The position numbers and the translations under genes are program-made. Under the pieces are notes generated by a model. The model was not told where the DNA came from. It made no database searches and saw only the letters and a program-made list of their open reading frames with translations. DNA of 64,000 nucleotides from Minisyncoccota bacterium. Its GTDB lineage: Bacteria > Patescibacteriota > Minisyncoccia > UBA6257 > GWB1-50-10. Positions 25,342 to 36,184 of this stretch are shown piece by piece. The stretch is taken from contig JBAYJE010000004.1 of NCBI GenBank assembly GCA_041665265.1, forward strand, positions 507 through 64,506, written 5' to 3'. Positions within the stretch are counted from its first letter, which is position 1; each line of letters opens with the position of its first letter.

Positions 25342-26562
25342 CTAGAATAACGCCTCCCACTTAGCGGCGCAAACCTCTTTTGTAAAATGAGCTTCGGCAT
25401 AATGAAGTCCATTCTCTCCGCACTCTTTTAATGTATTACGTTCTTTGTACATTCTTACAACAACCTCTAAGGCTGCCTCCTCGTCTCCATAAAGTGCCGA
25501 GTATCCACAATGAGCTTCTTTGATTATCAAATGTCCCTCACTTTCCTTATGAAGAAGGGCTAAAACAGGTAATCCTGCCGCCAAATATCCCATAAGTTTT
25601 GCCGGCACAGCAGGGGTGGTATTTTTATTTGTAAGACTGAAAAATCCTACATCCATATCCTTTAAGAGACTCGGATAGTCTTCTTTAGAAACCCAATCTC
25701 CAAAGATAACGTTTTTTAAATCCATCTCTTTCTTCATTTTCACAAGCCTTTCTTTCTCACCTCCCTCGCCCACAAAAAGAAATACAATATCGAGATAGTT
25801 CTTTAACTTTGTTGCAACACGAAGAACGAGATCAAGTCCCTGTGATGGACCGAGCACGCCGCCAAACACAAATACAAATTTGCTTTCCAATCCAAATTGC
25901 TTTCTAAATCTTCCCGTTTTCCTTGCTTCACGAAATGGTCCCATATTTATCCAATGAGGAATTACTCGAATCTTCTCGTTTTTTACGCCACGATTTTTTT
26001 CCAGAAAAAATTGGTGCTCGTTTGAAGGAACAACTATTAAGTCAGATTTTTCATATGCACCATGCTCCATCCGCTCAAAAAACTTAATAATGGGCTCGAG
26101 AGTGAGAATCCCAAGATCAACCGCATTCTGCGGAAAAAAATCGTGCAAATTAAGAAGAAATTTTGCACCGTAAAACTTTTTTACCATTGCGGTAGTAATA
26201 GTAAGCGGAAGAGGTGGGCTATGCACAATCACTACATCGAATCGTTCTTTTGCTCTTTTTCTAAGCGCAAACCAAAAAATATAAGGTAAGAAAAGCTGTG
26301 AAATGCCTCGAATTATGAAATGAACCTTATGATGTGGTAAGGTTTTCACGCGAAGTACGCGCACCCCATCTTCGGTAGCATCTAATGCAAAGGTTACCGC
26401 ATGACCATGAGAATCAGCTAAGTTGTATTTAGGATAGGAAGTAAGAACAGTTACCTCGTGCCCCCTTTCTTTTAATGCGTTCGCCAAGTCCCCCATTAAT
26501 TCGGATGCCGATCTAAGCTCTGGCGGATAAGAATCCGTAATGATGAGAATTTTTTTCTTCAT
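25342..26562 (-). CDS. glycosyltransferase family 4
   Basis: GT-B; ILIITDSYPP N-terminus and a GT4-like C-terminal domain. Confidence 0.7.
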   Translation of the reverse strand: MKKKILIITDSYPPELRSASELMGDLANALKERGHEVTVLTSYPKYNLADSHGHAVTFALDATEDGVRVLRVKTLPHHKVHFIIRGISQLFLPYIFWFALRKRAKERFDVVIVHSPPLPLTITTAMVKKFYGAKFLLNLHDFFPQNAVDLGILTLEPIIKFFERMEHGAYEKSDLIVVPSNEHQFFLEKNRGVKNEKIRVIPHWINMGPFREARKTGRFRKQFGLESKFVFVFGGVLGPSQGLDLVLRVATKLKNYLDIVFLFVGEGGEKERLVKMKKEMDLKNVIFGDWVSKEDYPSLLKDMDVGFFSLTNKNTTPAVPAKLMGYLAAGLPVLALLHKESEGHLIIKEAHCGYSALYGDEEAALEVVVRMYKERNTLKECGENGLHYAEAHFTKEVCAAKWEALF

Positions 26563-26579
26563 ACACACATAACCGACTA

Positions 26580-28202
26580 TTACTTTACGTAACTTTCGAA
26601 CCGAGCCTTTGCTTTTTCATATTTATCGCCCCACCCCTTCATCTTTTTTAATTTCTCTTCAAGGTCCAACATTATTTTTGAGGTAATAAGAATTGACTCT
26701 ATTGAATCACCATCTTCGTTTGTAGCTATTTTCCTTCCTATCTCTTGATACATCTCTCGATAACTATCAGTCTTAAATATTCTCTTTTTTCTGATAATCC
26801 TGTGATTATCCTCGGACATATATTTTATTGCATCCGTTATTTTTACATTCCTTCCATGAACCTTGAGCTCCACGTGGTCTCTTGGTCCTACGCGTAAACT
26901 ACCTTTCTCACTAAAAGTTGTCGTGAATGAAGCTCCGTTTTCAAGCTCAATCCACACCTCAACCGCATCATCCTGTAAAAGTTTGATATCGGAATTTTTG
27001 GGCTTACTGAAATTATTAAGATGAAGAAAGTGGTCAATCTGATGACATCCGTTTGATAAAAAGGTGCTTCTTGAAACCGGCCAATTATACCAGAAAAATT
27101 CGGGTTGAATGAGTTCATACACAATGGAGTGATACGAAATAGGGTCTCCCTGTTGTATACCCAAATCCTTTAACGCCAATTTGTTAAACGTTCCATAACG
27201 CTTATGGAAGCCAATAAATAATTTTCTTCCTACTTGTCGCAATGTTTTTTCCAATTCTGCTAATTCGTCATAATCCATGACCACTGGCTTTTCTACTACC
27301 ACATAAGAACCTTGCCGTAGCGCATGCAGTGTTATTGGTACGTGAGTGTGATTGTAGCTTGCAACAAAAAATACGTCTGCTTTTTCATCTTTTCTCGGAA
27401 AAGGTGAGGAGTCCCATTGTTGCACGCGCTTCTCCATAAATATCTGTGTAGGGTCAATTTCATGCACGGACTTAATGTCCACATAAGGTCTCGAATACGG
27501 AATAATGTTTATCTTCGCATAATTGCCATATCCAAAGAGTACACCACTTTTTACACCGGGCTTTCTTGCTTTGATTTCTCCCTTCATATCAGCAGTGGGC
27601 TCTGCGTTTTGTATATCGATTCTTTCTGCTTTTGCCCAATCGGTAGCAAGAAGCTCTTTTTTGACTCCCCCTCTTAAGGTGTCTTGTGTCTCTTCGGAAA
27701 CTTCTATACCGGAATAAATACTCCATGCTTTTACTTTATTCCACCACACATTACGTAAATCAACCTTCTGTAATGAAGAATATAAAATCGTGTCCGTGGG
27801 CATATCCAACATATCGGACTTTTCAATATTAAAAATCATCTCTTTTGGCAATGAGATGCGTTCCGCAAGAGCGGGGTGCCATGGAGCCACAAATCTTACT
27901 ATCTCTCCCACCTTAAAATTCCCATCATCGGCACTCTCAATAATTCTTCCTATGCCACAAGAAATATATTTATCATTGCGTCTATCCTCTCGAAGGCGTG
28001 ACCATGTCTTTGTAAATAATCCTTGAAACCCTACTACTGGGAAATAATTAATTAAGAGCCGTATACTTTTTGGCCTTGTATGATAAACATTCTCTAGTTT
28101 TTCAAGGTTCTTCCATGCAAGAACCTGAATTCTGTACTCACTTTTATTTCGAAAATAATCTAAAAAACCACTTCTCCATTTTTTCCCAGTAAGTATTCTC
28201 AT
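26580..28202 (-). CDS. fusion protein: unknown N-terminal domain (~210 aa) + Gfo/Idh/MocA-family NAD(P)-dependent oxidoreductase
   Basis: C-terminal half has Rossmann start KSGVLFGYGNYAKINI and the EKP motif (YVVVEKPVVMD) of Gfo/Idh/MocA sugar dehydrogenases; N-terminal half unrecognised. Confidence 0.5.
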   Translation of the reverse strand: MRILTGKKWRSGFLDYFRNKSEYRIQVLAWKNLEKLENVYHTRPKSIRLLINYFPVVGFQGLFTKTWSRLREDRRNDKYISCGIGRIIESADDGNFKVGEIVRFVAPWHPALAERISLPKEMIFNIEKSDMLDMPTDTILYSSLQKVDLRNVWWNKVKAWSIYSGIEVSEETQDTLRGGVKKELLATDWAKAERIDIQNAEPTADMKGEIKARKPGVKSGVLFGYGNYAKINIIPYSRPYVDIKSVHEIDPTQIFMEKRVQQWDSSPFPRKDEKADVFFVASYNHTHVPITLHALRQGSYVVVEKPVVMDYDELAELEKTLRQVGRKLFIGFHKRYGTFNKLALKDLGIQQGDPISYHSIVYELIQPEFFWYNWPVSRSTFLSNGCHQIDHFLHLNNFSKPKNSDIKLLQDDAVEVWIELENGASFTTTFSEKGSLRVGPRDHVELKVHGRNVKITDAIKYMSEDNHRIIRKKRIFKTDSYREMYQEIGRKIATNEDGDSIESILITSKIMLDLEEKLKKMKGWGDKYEKAKARFESYVK

Positions 28203-28229
28203 ATGTGGTATGATTTCGCGTCACTCGCC

Positions 28230-29069
28230 TTACTTACCGCGAATTATCTTCTCGGTCTCATAAAGCTTTGCGTCTATAAGAAAACGATACCAGAACCCCT
28301 GTAAAAAGTGAAACGCGAGTCCTTCCATTCCATCTAAAAATCCAAATCGGAAGAAATATCGATAAATGAAGTATAAAAATGCCCTTAAGAACCTTGGTGA
28401 CTGGTAATATAGATTATTTTTAAGCCAACGCTTTCTTTCTGTTTGTGAGCCATCAAGCTTTTCAGAAACACTTTCATTCTGTGCTAAAATTGCATTCACC
28501 TCACGTGTCGAATACTTATTGTATCGTTCAATCCACCACGAAAGCTCATTTAGGTTCTCATCAATAAAGTCATTTTTAAAATTCGCTGTTCTTCCCTGCA
28601 GTAAAACGATATGCTCATCCATCTCACGCTCCTCTGACCGTGCTTTATTTTTTCTAAAAAGACGCAAAATCCATGTCGGATAATATGCACCATGTTTTAT
28701 CCAACGTCCCATAAAATAGACTTTTCGTTTTATGTAAAATCCTGAGACATCATCCGCGACACGAGGAAGAGTTTCTATAATTTCTTTCTCAAGTTCTTTG
28801 GTAATAACCTCATCGGCATCAAGTCTTAATATCCACTCGTGTTTGATTTCTATATTATCAAGCGCCCAATTAAATTGGGTTGCTTGATTCTTAAACTCGT
28901 GTTGCACCACACGTGCTCCATATTTCTTTGCAATATCAAGCGTTTTGTCTGTGGAATACGAATCAACCACAATAACATCATTAGACAAATTCAAAATACT
29001 CTCCAAGCACTTAGTGAGATTTACCTCTTCATTGTAAGTAAGGATGATAATGCTTATATTCGATTCCAT
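28230..29069 (-). CDS. glycosyltransferase family 2
   Basis: ISIIILTYNEEVNLTKCLESI ... DxD region; ORF extends to 29156, start chosen at MESNIS. Confidence 0.75.
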   Translation of the reverse strand: MESNISIIILTYNEEVNLTKCLESILNLSNDVIVVDSYSTDKTLDIAKKYGARVVQHEFKNQATQFNWALDNIEIKHEWILRLDADEVITKELEKEIIETLPRVADDVSGFYIKRKVYFMGRWIKHGAYYPTWILRLFRKNKARSEEREMDEHIVLLQGRTANFKNDFIDENLNELSWWIERYNKYSTREVNAILAQNESVSEKLDGSQTERKRWLKNNLYYQSPRFLRAFLYFIYRYFFRFGFLDGMEGLAFHFLQGFWYRFLIDAKLYETEKIIRGK

Positions 29070-29070
29070 T

Positions 29071-29712
29071 TTATTTTTTTCTTGCAAGAACCACCATTGA
29101 TTTGGAAAATGGGCGGAGCCGTCCATAGTAATCATATTTTTCAATCTCGAACCCATTCTGCTTCAAAAGTCTTGTCATGGTTCTTTTAGAGAAGAAGCGC
29201 ACGTGAGGGCCTGTCGGATCGAAGTGTCTATCAAAATCAAAAAGGACAATCATCAGATTTTTTAAAAATCCGTGATATGGAACAGTTATCAAGGCCTTTC
29301 CACCAGACTTCAACACACGAGAAATCTCACCCACTGCATTTTCTGTGTCATATATATGCTCAATTACCTCAGAAGAAAAAACAAAATCCACCGATGAGTC
29401 AGAAAGTGGGATTGCTCCCCCATCAACTATTTTGTGAAAAATCGCATTTGGCACTTTTGTGCGCGCAGTTTGAAGTGCGGTCTCGGATACATCGCAGCCA
29501 ATAAGCTTCGCCTTCGGATTTAAATACAAAATTTCAGAAAGAATGTGCCCCTTGCCGCAACCAAAATCAAGGATCGTTACTTCTTTGTCTTTCGGTATAT
29601 AAGGAAACAACACGGGCCACTTAAGACCGAAGTCAGAAAGTTCGCTCTTGTCTCCTTCCCAATATCGCTCGTAAAATATTTTATTTTTTGCTGGAATTTC
29701 CATATTTTTCAA
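29071..29712 (-). CDS. class I SAM-dependent methyltransferase
   Basis: Motif I ILDFGCGKGH; post-I acidic residue. Confidence 0.65.
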   Translation of the reverse strand: MKNMEIPAKNKIFYERYWEGDKSELSDFGLKWPVLFPYIPKDKEVTILDFGCGKGHILSEILYLNPKAKLIGCDVSETALQTARTKVPNAIFHKIVDGGAIPLSDSSVDFVFSSEVIEHIYDTENAVGEISRVLKSGGKALITVPYHGFLKNLMIVLFDFDRHFDPTGPHVRFFSKRTMTRLLKQNGFEIEKYDYYGRLRPFSKSMVVLARKK

Positions 29713-30886
29713 TTAACTTATTATATTCGTCATACATGTTTTGTGCCACGCCCTCAATCGCGAATTCACTTTGAACAAGTTTTTTCCCTCTCTCTCCCAT
29801 TTTATGAGCGCCTTCACTATTGTTCAATAATTCAACAACGGAATCGGCTAGCTCTTTTTCATTTTTTTTAATAATGTGCCCTGCACGCGCACTTAAAATA
29901 TCTTTTGATATGCCAACCCCTTCTGTGACAACGACGGGAAGCTCACAATACATTGCTTCAATAATTGCCATTCCGAAATTCTCTGAATATGACGGCAAAA
30001 CAAATACATTACTTTCTCGAAATGCACCTATGCGCATTGCTCCTGAAACAAGGCCCACAAACATCACATGATTATCTACGTTATAAAAATGTATTAATTT
30101 TTTTATTTCTTTACCATAATTCTCATTGTCATCCCCGGCAATTACAAGGATTGCCTCTGGTATATCAACCACAATTTTTGAAAGTGCTGGAATTAAAGTG
30201 TCAAATCCCTTCTTCCAATTTAAGCGACCAAGGGATAAAATTATCTTTTTTTCCGGAGCAATTTTAAATTTTTTTCTAAATTCTCCGTGTGTTGGTGAGG
30301 CGATCTCTCTATCAAATTCGGAGGGATCAAAACTATTAGGAATAACAAAAGAGTGCGCCAAAGGAAGATGTTGAGCATTATATTCTTCCTTCTCTTGTGT
30401 GGTTGTAAAATGGATTGCCGCAGCACGAAAAAGGGCGCGCCCCTCTATACACGAGAGATATAGCCGCTTTTTGTGTGCACTTTTCATACGAAGAGGTTCT
30501 TTCATGAGACTTCCATGGGGAGAGATAATATACGGTTTATTATTTTTCAGAGAATAACGAGATCCAAAATATGAAATAGCAAGGAATACTGAGGTTATAT
30601 GCACGAGATCAAAATTGCCTATCGTTTTAGAAATCATCTTGCACATTTCTGGCGAATAGTACCACGACCTAAAAACTGTCGAAAAATAATACACCTTCAC
30701 GCCATCAATGATAATAGGTTCTCCAGTTGGAACAGAAAGCATATCGAAGCCATCGAGGTTTGTCGTATAGACAGTAACCTCAACCCCCCTACGAACAAGT
30801 TCTTTATTTAAAAAATGTGTCGGAGCTATAGGTCCCATTGCTTTCTGAGCGGGAAAGTATGTAGGAATCAAATGAAGTATTTTCAT
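29681..30886 (-). CDS. glycosyltransferase family 4
   Basis: C-terminal E-x7-E region ...FGMAIIEAMYCELPVVVTEGVG. Confidence 0.75.
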   Translation of the reverse strand: MKILHLIPTYFPAQKAMGPIAPTHFLNKELVRRGVEVTVYTTNLDGFDMLSVPTGEPIIIDGVKVYYFSTVFRSWYYSPEMCKMISKTIGNFDLVHITSVFLAISYFGSRYSLKNNKPYIISPHGSLMKEPLRMKSAHKKRLYLSCIEGRALFRAAAIHFTTTQEKEEYNAQHLPLAHSFVIPNSFDPSEFDREIASPTHGEFRKKFKIAPEKKIILSLGRLNWKKGFDTLIPALSKIVVDIPEAILVIAGDDNENYGKEIKKLIHFYNVDNHVMFVGLVSGAMRIGAFRESNVFVLPSYSENFGMAIIEAMYCELPVVVTEGVGISKDILSARAGHIIKKNEKELADSVVELLNNSEGAHKMGERGKKLVQSEFAIEGVAQNMYDEYNKLIEKYGNSSKK

Positions 30887-30888
30887 GT

Positions 30889-31944
30889 TTATTTTTTAAC
30901 AATGCCCCCTAAAAGCTCTCTTATTATAAAAAAATGGCGATAAAAACCTGCGCCAAAAATGGAAAGCAGAAGACTTGCTAAACTTTTCAAATCCAAAAAA
31001 TTAATCCTCAACGCCTCCATAAAATACTTCCTTGCGAGGATGGGGCTATCACCAAGAAGATAAAGCATGCCAACTCCCCTCAATTTTCCGCCATAAAAAG
31101 ATCCTAACTCTTTATAAAACGGATGGGCCCCCAACAAATGTGAAAATCTATTAGCTCGTTGAAGGGCTTGTTTAGAATTAAATGAGCCGTACGACTTGGT
31201 TAGATTATTTGTGTGCTTATGAACTACGAAAAGCGGTTCATCTACAAGATAAAATTGGAGCCCCGCTTCAGCAATACGAAACACTATATCAGTATCTTCA
31301 AATTCTCCGACTTCCTCATTTCGTAATCCAAGGATATCTAATATTTTCTTCGAAAAAAACATCCCGCTATTATTGCTTGCATAAAGCTCTGGGTGAATAA
31401 ACACATCCTTCAAGGACTTATACAAAACTTTTTTGAAGGACGGGGTTCTCTCATCTATATTTACTATATTCTTATTACCGCCCCAAAATGGCTTTGCAAC
31501 TTCACGATGCACTAATCCACTCTCAAGCAAATGAGTGGTTTCATATTCTATATATGCATTAGAACTTATCACACCAAAACTATTAATATCCTCCAAACTC
31601 TCAACAAGCTCTAATTGCCTTTCAAGCTTTTGAGGAAGCCACTCATCGTCATGATCTAAATATGCAATATAATTTCCTTGCGCAATAGAAAGTCCGATAT
31701 TTTTAGGAAACGCTGGTCCTCCAGAATTTTTCTCAAGAAATATTGATTTGGTGCGTTTATCTTCGTTCTTAAAAAAATCTATTATTTCTTGGGTGTTGTC
31801 TTGAGAACAATCATCAACAATAATAAGTTCGAAATTGTGAAATGTCTGATTTAAAACACTTTTGATTGTTCTATGCAGGAAACGACTTGCATTATATGTC
31901 GGTATAATAACAGAAACCTTTGGAACTAAAGGGCTATGAGACAT
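30889..31944 (-). CDS. glycosyltransferase family 2
   Basis: VSVIIPTYNASRFLHRTIKSVLNQTF..LIIVDDCSQD. Confidence 0.75.
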   Translation of the reverse strand: MSHSPLVPKVSVIIPTYNASRFLHRTIKSVLNQTFHNFELIIVDDCSQDNTQEIIDFFKNEDKRTKSIFLEKNSGGPAFPKNIGLSIAQGNYIAYLDHDDEWLPQKLERQLELVESLEDINSFGVISSNAYIEYETTHLLESGLVHREVAKPFWGGNKNIVNIDERTPSFKKVLYKSLKDVFIHPELYASNNSGMFFSKKILDILGLRNEEVGEFEDTDIVFRIAEAGLQFYLVDEPLFVVHKHTNNLTKSYGSFNSKQALQRANRFSHLLGAHPFYKELGSFYGGKLRGVGMLYLLGDSPILARKYFMEALRINFLDLKSLASLLLSIFGAGFYRHFFIIRELLGGIVKK

Positions 31945-32698
31945 AAAAGAGTCCTATTCCTCCCCATCCCTGACCCTTATCTTTTATAATTTCGACTATT
32001 TTACCAGCATCTTTCATTTCCCCCCAGAGTCGACTAACCTCGCACCCAGACTCACTCGAATGTTGGGCAACGTCATGAAATGCGATTATACCACCTTTTC
32101 TCACAAGTCCTTTATACATAAGAAAGTCATGCTTCGCTCCCTCATAGGTATGGTCTCCATCTATGAAAAGTAAATCAACGCTTTTGTTTTCAAGAATAGT
32201 TTCTACTTTTGAAAGAGTTTCCTTGCTGTGTGAGTCTGCTTTTATGAGGCTTATTGACTGATTAAAAAGAGTAAATATTTTATATATACTTTTTCTCCAT
32301 TCTGGATAACCGCCCTGAGCACCCGGTAAATCAATGCTAATAATGGTTGCATCACGATGTGCAACTCTTGAAAAAAGAAACAGAACGCCACCAAAGGAGG
32401 TGCCAATCTCTAAAACAACCTTCGGCCGTTCTTCCTCTACAATTTTTAAAAAACTTAATATCTCCTCCCTCACCTGAAGTGGTCTTATTATCCCCCAACA
32501 CATCGTTGACGCAAAATCAAACAATCTACCAATATCTTGCTTTTCAGAAAGATGAGTAATTTTCCATCGAGCAATAGGCGCGACCAAAAACCAGAAAAAT
32601 GGTCTTGCTGGCTCAATCATCTTTATAAAAAGTCTCGCCACAAAACCAAGAACACCTCGCTCTTTTAATGCTTTTTTAATCCTGTTCACAATTTGCAT
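31934..32698 (-). CDS. SAM-dependent methyltransferase, TylF/MycF/CmcI-like (Methyltransf_24-type)
   Basis: VVLEIGTSFGG (SAM motif I) and LLFIDGDHTYEG characteristic of the macrocin-O-MT/CmcI family. Confidence 0.55.
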   Translation of the reverse strand: MQIVNRIKKALKERGVLGFVARLFIKMIEPARPFFWFLVAPIARWKITHLSEKQDIGRLFDFASTMCWGIIRPLQVREEILSFLKIVEEERPKVVLEIGTSFGGVLFLFSRVAHRDATIISIDLPGAQGGYPEWRKSIYKIFTLFNQSISLIKADSHSKETLSKVETILENKSVDLLFIDGDHTYEGAKHDFLMYKGLVRKGGIIAFHDVAQHSSESGCEVSRLWGEMKDAGKIVEIIKDKGQGWGGIGLFYVS

Positions 32699-32796
32699 AT
32701 TATCACATTCATTTGGCCTTAGCCAACATTAAATAACGGGCGCCATTGCTACCCAAAATCAAAAAAGTATAATTATGACTACCGAAAGAAATCAGA

Positions 32797-33981
32797 ATGT
32801 CTTTTACACTACCACCAAAAGAAATTGGAGCGACTCCCTCAAGTCACCTAAACCTTGTTCGTGCCATTACCGCAATGGCAGTCGTTGCAGGACATATTCG
32901 GTCCTTGTTTTTGGTTGAATATGGATCCATTGAAAACCCTAATATTTTTCATAAATTGTTCTATTTTTTCACTGGTCTCGGGCATCAAGGGGTAATCGCC
33001 TTTTTTGTACTAAGTGGCCTACTTGTTGGTGGGTCTGTTCTTAAAATAGTCAAAGAAAATAAGTGGAGTTGGACGGAATACATTGCCGCAAGGCTCTCGC
33101 GGCTCTACATCGTTCTTATACCGGGACTCATTATCACTTTTTTGTTTGACACCATCGGAATGGCATTAGCAAAAAATTCGTCTATCTATACAGGCAATTC
33201 TCTTTTCGGGAATGTCATCACATTTCAAATAATAGACGCGCAAACTTTCAAAAATTTTTGGGGGAGCTTGTTCTTTCTACAGACAATAATAACAAGACCA
33301 TTTGGATCAAACACACCACTGTGGAGCTTAGCTAATGAATTTTGGTATTATGTGCTATTCCCTTTTTGTCTTTTTTTCTTTTTAAAAAACGGGAGGTCTA
33401 TTCTCATGCGGCTCTTCATGGGAATTGTTGCCACAGGAATATTTTTCTTTATTGGTTGGAATATTTCTTTCTTATTCCTTGTTTGGCTCTTGGGTATAGT
33501 TGTTTTTATTCTACAAAAAAATAACACAAGCTCATCAAAAACCCTTCATTATTTATTTATTTTTCTTATTGGCCTTCAGCTTTTTGCCACCCTATCAATT
33601 TCGCGATTTTCATTAATCGAGAATAGCATGCTAATGGATTTTCTACTGGGAGTTTCTATTTCTCTCTTTTTGTGGGGCATCCTGTCTCTTTCAAAAAAAG
33701 AGGTGAGCAACCAATATAAATGGCTCGCAAGAACAGGGGCTGGCTTTTCCTACACCCTCTACGTGGTACACCTACCTCTCGTTATTTTTATTCATGGAAT
33801 AATCGGCTCTCACACAAATTACTTTTTAGAAGGGCGTTGGAATCCGGACATACCACACATTGCCTTCATTTTAACTATCTTTCTTGTTGTTCTGTTTTTT
33901 GCCTATCTTGTGTCTCTATTTACCGAAAACAAAACATCACTTGTGCGGCGCATAATAAGTGATCTTATCAAAAAACACTAA
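32797..33981 (+). CDS. acyltransferase family 3 membrane O-acyltransferase (OafA-like)
   Basis: ~10 TM; N-terminal NLVRAITAMAVVAGHI typical of acyltransferase_3. Confidence 0.7.
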   Translation: MSFTLPPKEIGATPSSHLNLVRAITAMAVVAGHIRSLFLVEYGSIENPNIFHKLFYFFTGLGHQGVIAFFVLSGLLVGGSVLKIVKENKWSWTEYIAARLSRLYIVLIPGLIITFLFDTIGMALAKNSSIYTGNSLFGNVITFQIIDAQTFKNFWGSLFFLQTIITRPFGSNTPLWSLANEFWYYVLFPFCLFFFLKNGRSILMRLFMGIVATGIFFFIGWNISFLFLVWLLGIVVFILQKNNTSSSKTLHYLFIFLIGLQLFATLSISRFSLIENSMLMDFLLGVSISLFLWGILSLSKKEVSNQYKWLARTGAGFSYTLYVVHLPLVIFIHGIIGSHTNYFLEGRWNPDIPHIAFILTIFLVVLFFAYLVSLFTENKTSLVRRIISDLIKKH

Positions 33982-34010
33982 TTGCTTGTTTTTTAATCAG
34001 TTTTTTGTTT

Positions 34011-35171
34011 CTACTTTTTTAAAGTTAGTATTCTCTTGTATTCAGCTATCATGCGCTTTCCATAATCATCCCATGTAAAACCGGAAGAGACTCTCTGCTT
34101 TGCCGACTTGCCCATCTCCTTTGCTTTGTCCGAATTCTCATAAAAGTATAATAATTTTTCTTTTATTGCGTTTTCACTTCTTATGGGAATAATAAATCCG
34201 TCCAAACCATTTCTCACGATATCTTCCCCTCCCGTATTTGTTGTGCAAATAACAGGGAGACCACAAGCCATTGCCTGTAGCAGTACCATTCCAAAACCAT
34301 CTTGAATTGATGCGATAGCAAACACAGAGCCTTGTGAATAATGCTTATAGAGCTCCGATTGAGAAATGTGCCCTTTGTATGTAAACGATCCTTCATATCT
34401 TTTGAAAAATGGTTCCATTTCTTCGCTCATCGAACCAATAAGTACAAGTTCGGAATTTGGTAAATTTAATTGTGAAAATGCCTTGAGAAGATAGTGAACG
34501 CCCTTTTGAAGGGTCATTCCTCCTACATATATCACACGAAATACATTATCGCTTTTCGGAACCTGCCTAAACTCAGAAAGGTCCACACCATACGGAATGT
34601 GAATTATTTTGTTTTCTGGAATACCGTATTCAAGAAATGTTCTTTTTACAAAAAGAGAAGGAACGCTCACATAATCCATATCTCGATATGCAAGAACATC
34701 CTTTTCAACAAGTTTCTCATGTGAGAGCTGAAAGACTCCTGGCACTATTCCAAACCTATCATACTCCTCTCTCAATATTTTCATCACATAAAGCGTATGT
34801 GCACTTCCATTCTCCACAATTATTGTTGCTCCCAGTTTTTTTGCTTTCTGCATTGTTTTTGGATATGTAGCGGGAGTTCCCACAAAAAAATCTGTTGCCC
34901 TTACGCGTAATGAAGCCTCCCAATCAAAAATTTCATGGATTAAATTTTGAGGATTGTACATTTTTTTAAGTGCGCGCGGAAGCAGTAGCCATCCTCGTTG
35001 TACCACCTCTTTTAGAGGGACGCTGTATATTTTTTCACTCGGAATTCCATACTTTCTTACCATAAATTTTGGATACGAGGTGATTAGTTGCTCTAAATAC
35101 CCGAACTTAAAAAGTTGCTCTGCGAGTTGAAATAAGTGAAATTTTCCCGGAACACCAATGGCCACTTTCAT
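34011..35171 (-). CDS. glycosyltransferase family 4
   Basis: ...EDGFGMVLLQAMACGLPVICTTNTGGEDIV. Confidence 0.75.
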   Translation of the reverse strand: MKVAIGVPGKFHLFQLAEQLFKFGYLEQLITSYPKFMVRKYGIPSEKIYSVPLKEVVQRGWLLLPRALKKMYNPQNLIHEIFDWEASLRVRATDFFVGTPATYPKTMQKAKKLGATIIVENGSAHTLYVMKILREEYDRFGIVPGVFQLSHEKLVEKDVLAYRDMDYVSVPSLFVKRTFLEYGIPENKIIHIPYGVDLSEFRQVPKSDNVFRVIYVGGMTLQKGVHYLLKAFSQLNLPNSELVLIGSMSEEMEPFFKRYEGSFTYKGHISQSELYKHYSQGSVFAIASIQDGFGMVLLQAMACGLPVICTTNTGGEDIVRNGLDGFIIPIRSENAIKEKLLYFYENSDKAKEMGKSAKQRVSSGFTWDDYGKRMIAEYKRILTLKK

Positions 35172-35176
35172 ATGCT

Positions 35177-36184
35177 TTATCTAAAAAATTTTCCTGCTTG
35201 TGTTTTTAATCTATGTCGAACCGAGACTGGAAATAACGCTTTTAAAACGTGTACTATGTTTTTCCCAATTCTCCCCTTGTCTCCATTCATAAGTTGGCCC
35301 ACTCTCATTAGAAAGTCTTGTCGAATAAACCCACGCGATTCCTCTTTAAGAAATTGGTTTTGCACAAAAAATTCATACATACCAAACAACACACCAATTC
35401 CTTCATGTACTTCAAAAGAGGAGAGCTTTGTCTCATTCAAAGAAAACCACCTATTTACATTAGAAGGGATGGACAACCCAAAAATATCTTTCAAAAAATG
35501 CTCGCGGAGCACCAAGCTTAACCTGTATTGGGCTTCTGATTGGGTACTTCCTATTGATGCGGGGTGTAATCGATGCATAAGTAACACATCAGGAAGATTT
35601 GCAAATTTTGTTTTTCTTATCATTCTCATCCATAGTTCCGTGTCTTCAATATGAGGAAAATTTATATCATACCCACCCACCTCCAAGACAAGGTCCCTCC
35701 TCATCATCACGGTAGGATGAATAACAGCACACTCAAAACACATCTTCCAAAGTATCCCCTCATGAGAGGTGGGCTGCGTAAGTATTGAGATTTTTCTTCC
35801 TTGCGCGTCGGCGTGACTCACGGCAGTTCCCAACACTCCAACTTCGATATTTTTTTCCAAATAACCAATTTGCTTTTCAAATCTTTCTGGTTCACTTATA
35901 TCATCAGCATCCATTCTTGCAATAAATTCACCTCGAGCAACCCCAATCCCCTTGTTTAACGAATTAATAAGGCCAATATTCTTCTCATTTACAATTATTA
36001 CTATTCTCTCGTCTTGAAAAGACTTAATGATGTCTCGCGTTCCATCTGACGAGCCATCATCTATGATAATTAATTCAAAATCCTTAAATGTTTGAGTGAG
36101 TATGCTTTCCACAGCACGTGAAATAAACAAAAAGCCATTATATACTGGCAAAACAACTGATATCTTAGGATTCTTTAATAACAT
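35177..36184 (-). CDS. glycosyltransferase family 2
   Basis: ISVVLPVYNGFLFISRAVESILTQTFKDFELIIIDDGSSDGT. Confidence 0.75.
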   Translation of the reverse strand: MLLKNPKISVVLPVYNGFLFISRAVESILTQTFKDFELIIIDDGSSDGTRDIIKSFQDERIVIIVNEKNIGLINSLNKGIGVARGEFIARMDADDISEPERFEKQIGYLEKNIEVGVLGTAVSHADAQGRKISILTQPTSHEGILWKMCFECAVIHPTVMMRRDLVLEVGGYDINFPHIEDTELWMRMIRKTKFANLPDVLLMHRLHPASIGSTQSEAQYRLSLVLREHFLKDIFGLSIPSNVNRWFSLNETKLSSFEVHEGIGVLFGMYEFFVQNQFLKEESRGFIRQDFLMRVGQLMNGDKGRIGKNIVHVLKALFPVSVRHRLKTQAGKFFR

